The notes below the pieces were generated by a model, which worked only from the letters and a program-made list of their open reading frames with translations, did not search any database and was not told the origin of the DNA. A stretch of 63,120 nt of DNA, counting the filler, from Lenisia limosa (taxonomy: Eukaryota; Protista; Breviatea), in NCBI GenBank assembly GCA_001655205.1. It is 11 parts of 11 records of this genome, joined end to end, with 100 filler letters (N's around TTAATTAATTAA, not from the genome) between each part and the next. Parts side by side here need not be neighbours in the genome. Positions count along the whole stretch, not along the records: positions 61,644 to 63,120 come from LPNZ01009021.1; 10 more parts are not named here. The stretch is one strand, 5' to 3'. Positions 61,544-63,120 of this stretch are shown piece after piece. How positions within the stretch are numbered: position 1 is the first letter of the stretch; each line of letters opens with the position of its first letter. The position numbers and the translations under genes were made by a program.

Positions 61544-62776
61544 NNNNNNNNNNNNNNNNNNNNNNNNNNNNNNNNNNNNNNNNNNNNTTAATTAATTAAN
61601 NNNNNNNNNNNNNNNNNNNNNNNNNNNNNNNNNNNNNNNNNNNCGTTTGTTATGTCTTGACTCTTTAGAATGAAGGACATAAACTCCATCACTCAGATTC
61701 TGAACTCCCCCGTAACCCCCCTCTGCCTGGTATGTGAATCATAAGACTTATTGGCCTGATCTTTTTGTTTGTTAACCTTCGTGAGTTTTGAGCCAGCAGA
61801 GTTGACTTTGGGCTTTTTTTGTTTCATAAATTTTCCAAATTTACTCCCCCTCATTACCGCCATTAGTAACTACCCAAGCCTCTCGCGCGTCCACTCCCTC
61901 TGCTGGAAAGAAGGTGCGGGGGGGGGGGGGGNNNNNNNNNNNNNNNNNNNNNNNNNNNNNNNNNNNNNNNNNNNNNNNNNNNNNNNNNNNNNNNNNNNNN
62001 NNNNNNNNNNNNNNNNNNNNNNNNNNNNNNNNNNNNNNNNNNNNNNNNNNNNNACCAAAGAAACTAAGTTGATAGTAAAATGATCATTCGAACAACCTTC
62101 CGAGTCGAAATGACGAAGATCACAAAAACCACCCAATTTTAGACAAGCCCAAAGGATATAATATATCATATGATATATATTATTTTTTTTACCCAAAATA
62201 TATCGTACAATCTGATTTTGCCTCCACCGTTGCCTTAATTTCTGCAGCCCCACTCCTACCCCCCTCCTCTCATTGGAACACCCAAGAATGGACAAGGCCC
62301 TCTTTCCTACAGAAGTCCCAATAGCGTAAGGGGTAACATCAGTTTTGTTTTAGTTTACATGTTTTCTATTTTTACAGAGTTTATTTGGGCTTTTTTTGCT
62401 TTTCCGTTGGTTGCTCGTGTTTTTTATTGCTTGTTTTTTGTGTTGTTTGGAGTTTCAAATTATTCAGTTCGTGATTAGTCTCTTTACGCCATATTTTTCA
62501 TCGAAATTTCCTTCACCCATACAGGCGAGTCTCAGTGAACAAACATCGTCATTAGAGCACCCTTCTGCTGAGAGTTCTAGTTTAAGTAGGGGCGGGCGGT
62601 TGACTGAATATCTATCGACTGTTGCGCAGTCATAATGCAACGAAGTCGGAGTTCCCTGTCTTTTTATGGGGAGTTTGAGGGGCGGACTGCAGGGCTCTGT
62701 CTGTTTTTGACCGTAGAGAAGTAAATAGGGTCTTTTTGGGCACTAGTTAGAACAGGAGGGGTGAGAGAAAAGTCTC

Positions 62777-62848
62777 ATTGGGTGAATTAATATTATACAA
62801 TATAATGTCTCGATAAGAGTGATGGTGTAGACGGCTTCGGCCAGATAC
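62777..62848 (-). repeat. Repeat family C copy
   Basis: Minus strand reads GTATCTGGCCGAAGCCGTCTACACCATCAC...AATATTAATTCACCCAATG. Confidence 0.78.
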
Positions 62849-62932
62849 CTTATTTTTTATCCCCCCCCCTCCCCCATGGCTTTTCAAATATGTTGGTTCA
62901 AAAACAGTATTTTAATATTGTACGGTAGATGT

Positions 62933-63066
62933 GATGGGATGCGGTGCTGTAGAAGAAACTGGCCCGGGCTTTGTTTGTTTTGTTGTTACCAACCCTCATG
63001 TGTCGCCAGCCAACAGAGTTGATTCTGGGCTTTTTTGTCTCAAAAATTTAACAATTTTGCCCCCAG
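62933..63066 (+). repeat. Repeat family B, full copy ending in CCCCCAG
   Basis: GATGCGGTGCTGTAGAAGAAACTGGCCCGGGCTTTGTTTG...GCCAACAGAGTTGATTCTGGGC...AATTTTGCCCCCAG. Confidence 0.8.
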
Positions 63067-63120
63067 CAAATTTCTCTTTTTGGTCTCTTAATTCAAAAAC
63101 ATTACCACCACCCCAACTGT

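Noticed and set aside
61644-63120. A gene call for the last scaffold
   Set aside because: Open frames exist on both strands near 62510-62700 and I could not decide the strand or recognise a family.

Overview
This is not one locus. It is 11 unrelated scaffolds joined by an artificial 100-nt linker (44 N + TTAATTAATTAA + 44 N), so nothing can be inferred across linkers. Ten scaffolds come from an intron-rich, repeat-rich microbial eukaryote (amoebozoan-like by impression only). Recognisable genes are fragments of a DOCK-family GEF, ATG1 kinase, the [FeFe]-hydrogenase maturase HydG, complete eIF5A, proteasome RPN1 and a TMEM42-like protein, plus several unidentified multi-exon genes. Introns carry at least four short dispersed repeat families. 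One scaffold (56720-61543) is bacterial, probably Bacteroidota, and is an integron-like cassette array. Three systems stand out. (1) An apparently intact 588-aa tyrosine recombinase gene, invisible in the ORF track because eight introns split it, sits inside tandem arrays of a decayed AT-rich ORF; the block is bounded by a 46-bp direct repeat whose circular rejoining would restore a reading frame. (2) In the bacterial array, each cassette's left GTT core pairs with its own right AAC core over 9-14 bp; no integrase is present in the fragment. (3) A repeat family sits in sense orientation at the 3' end of unrelated introns and supplies the splice acceptor, in a genome whose introns often start with G-runs and end with C-runs. 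All gene models and family calls were made by hand without database searches, and exon boundaries are approximate unless stated.
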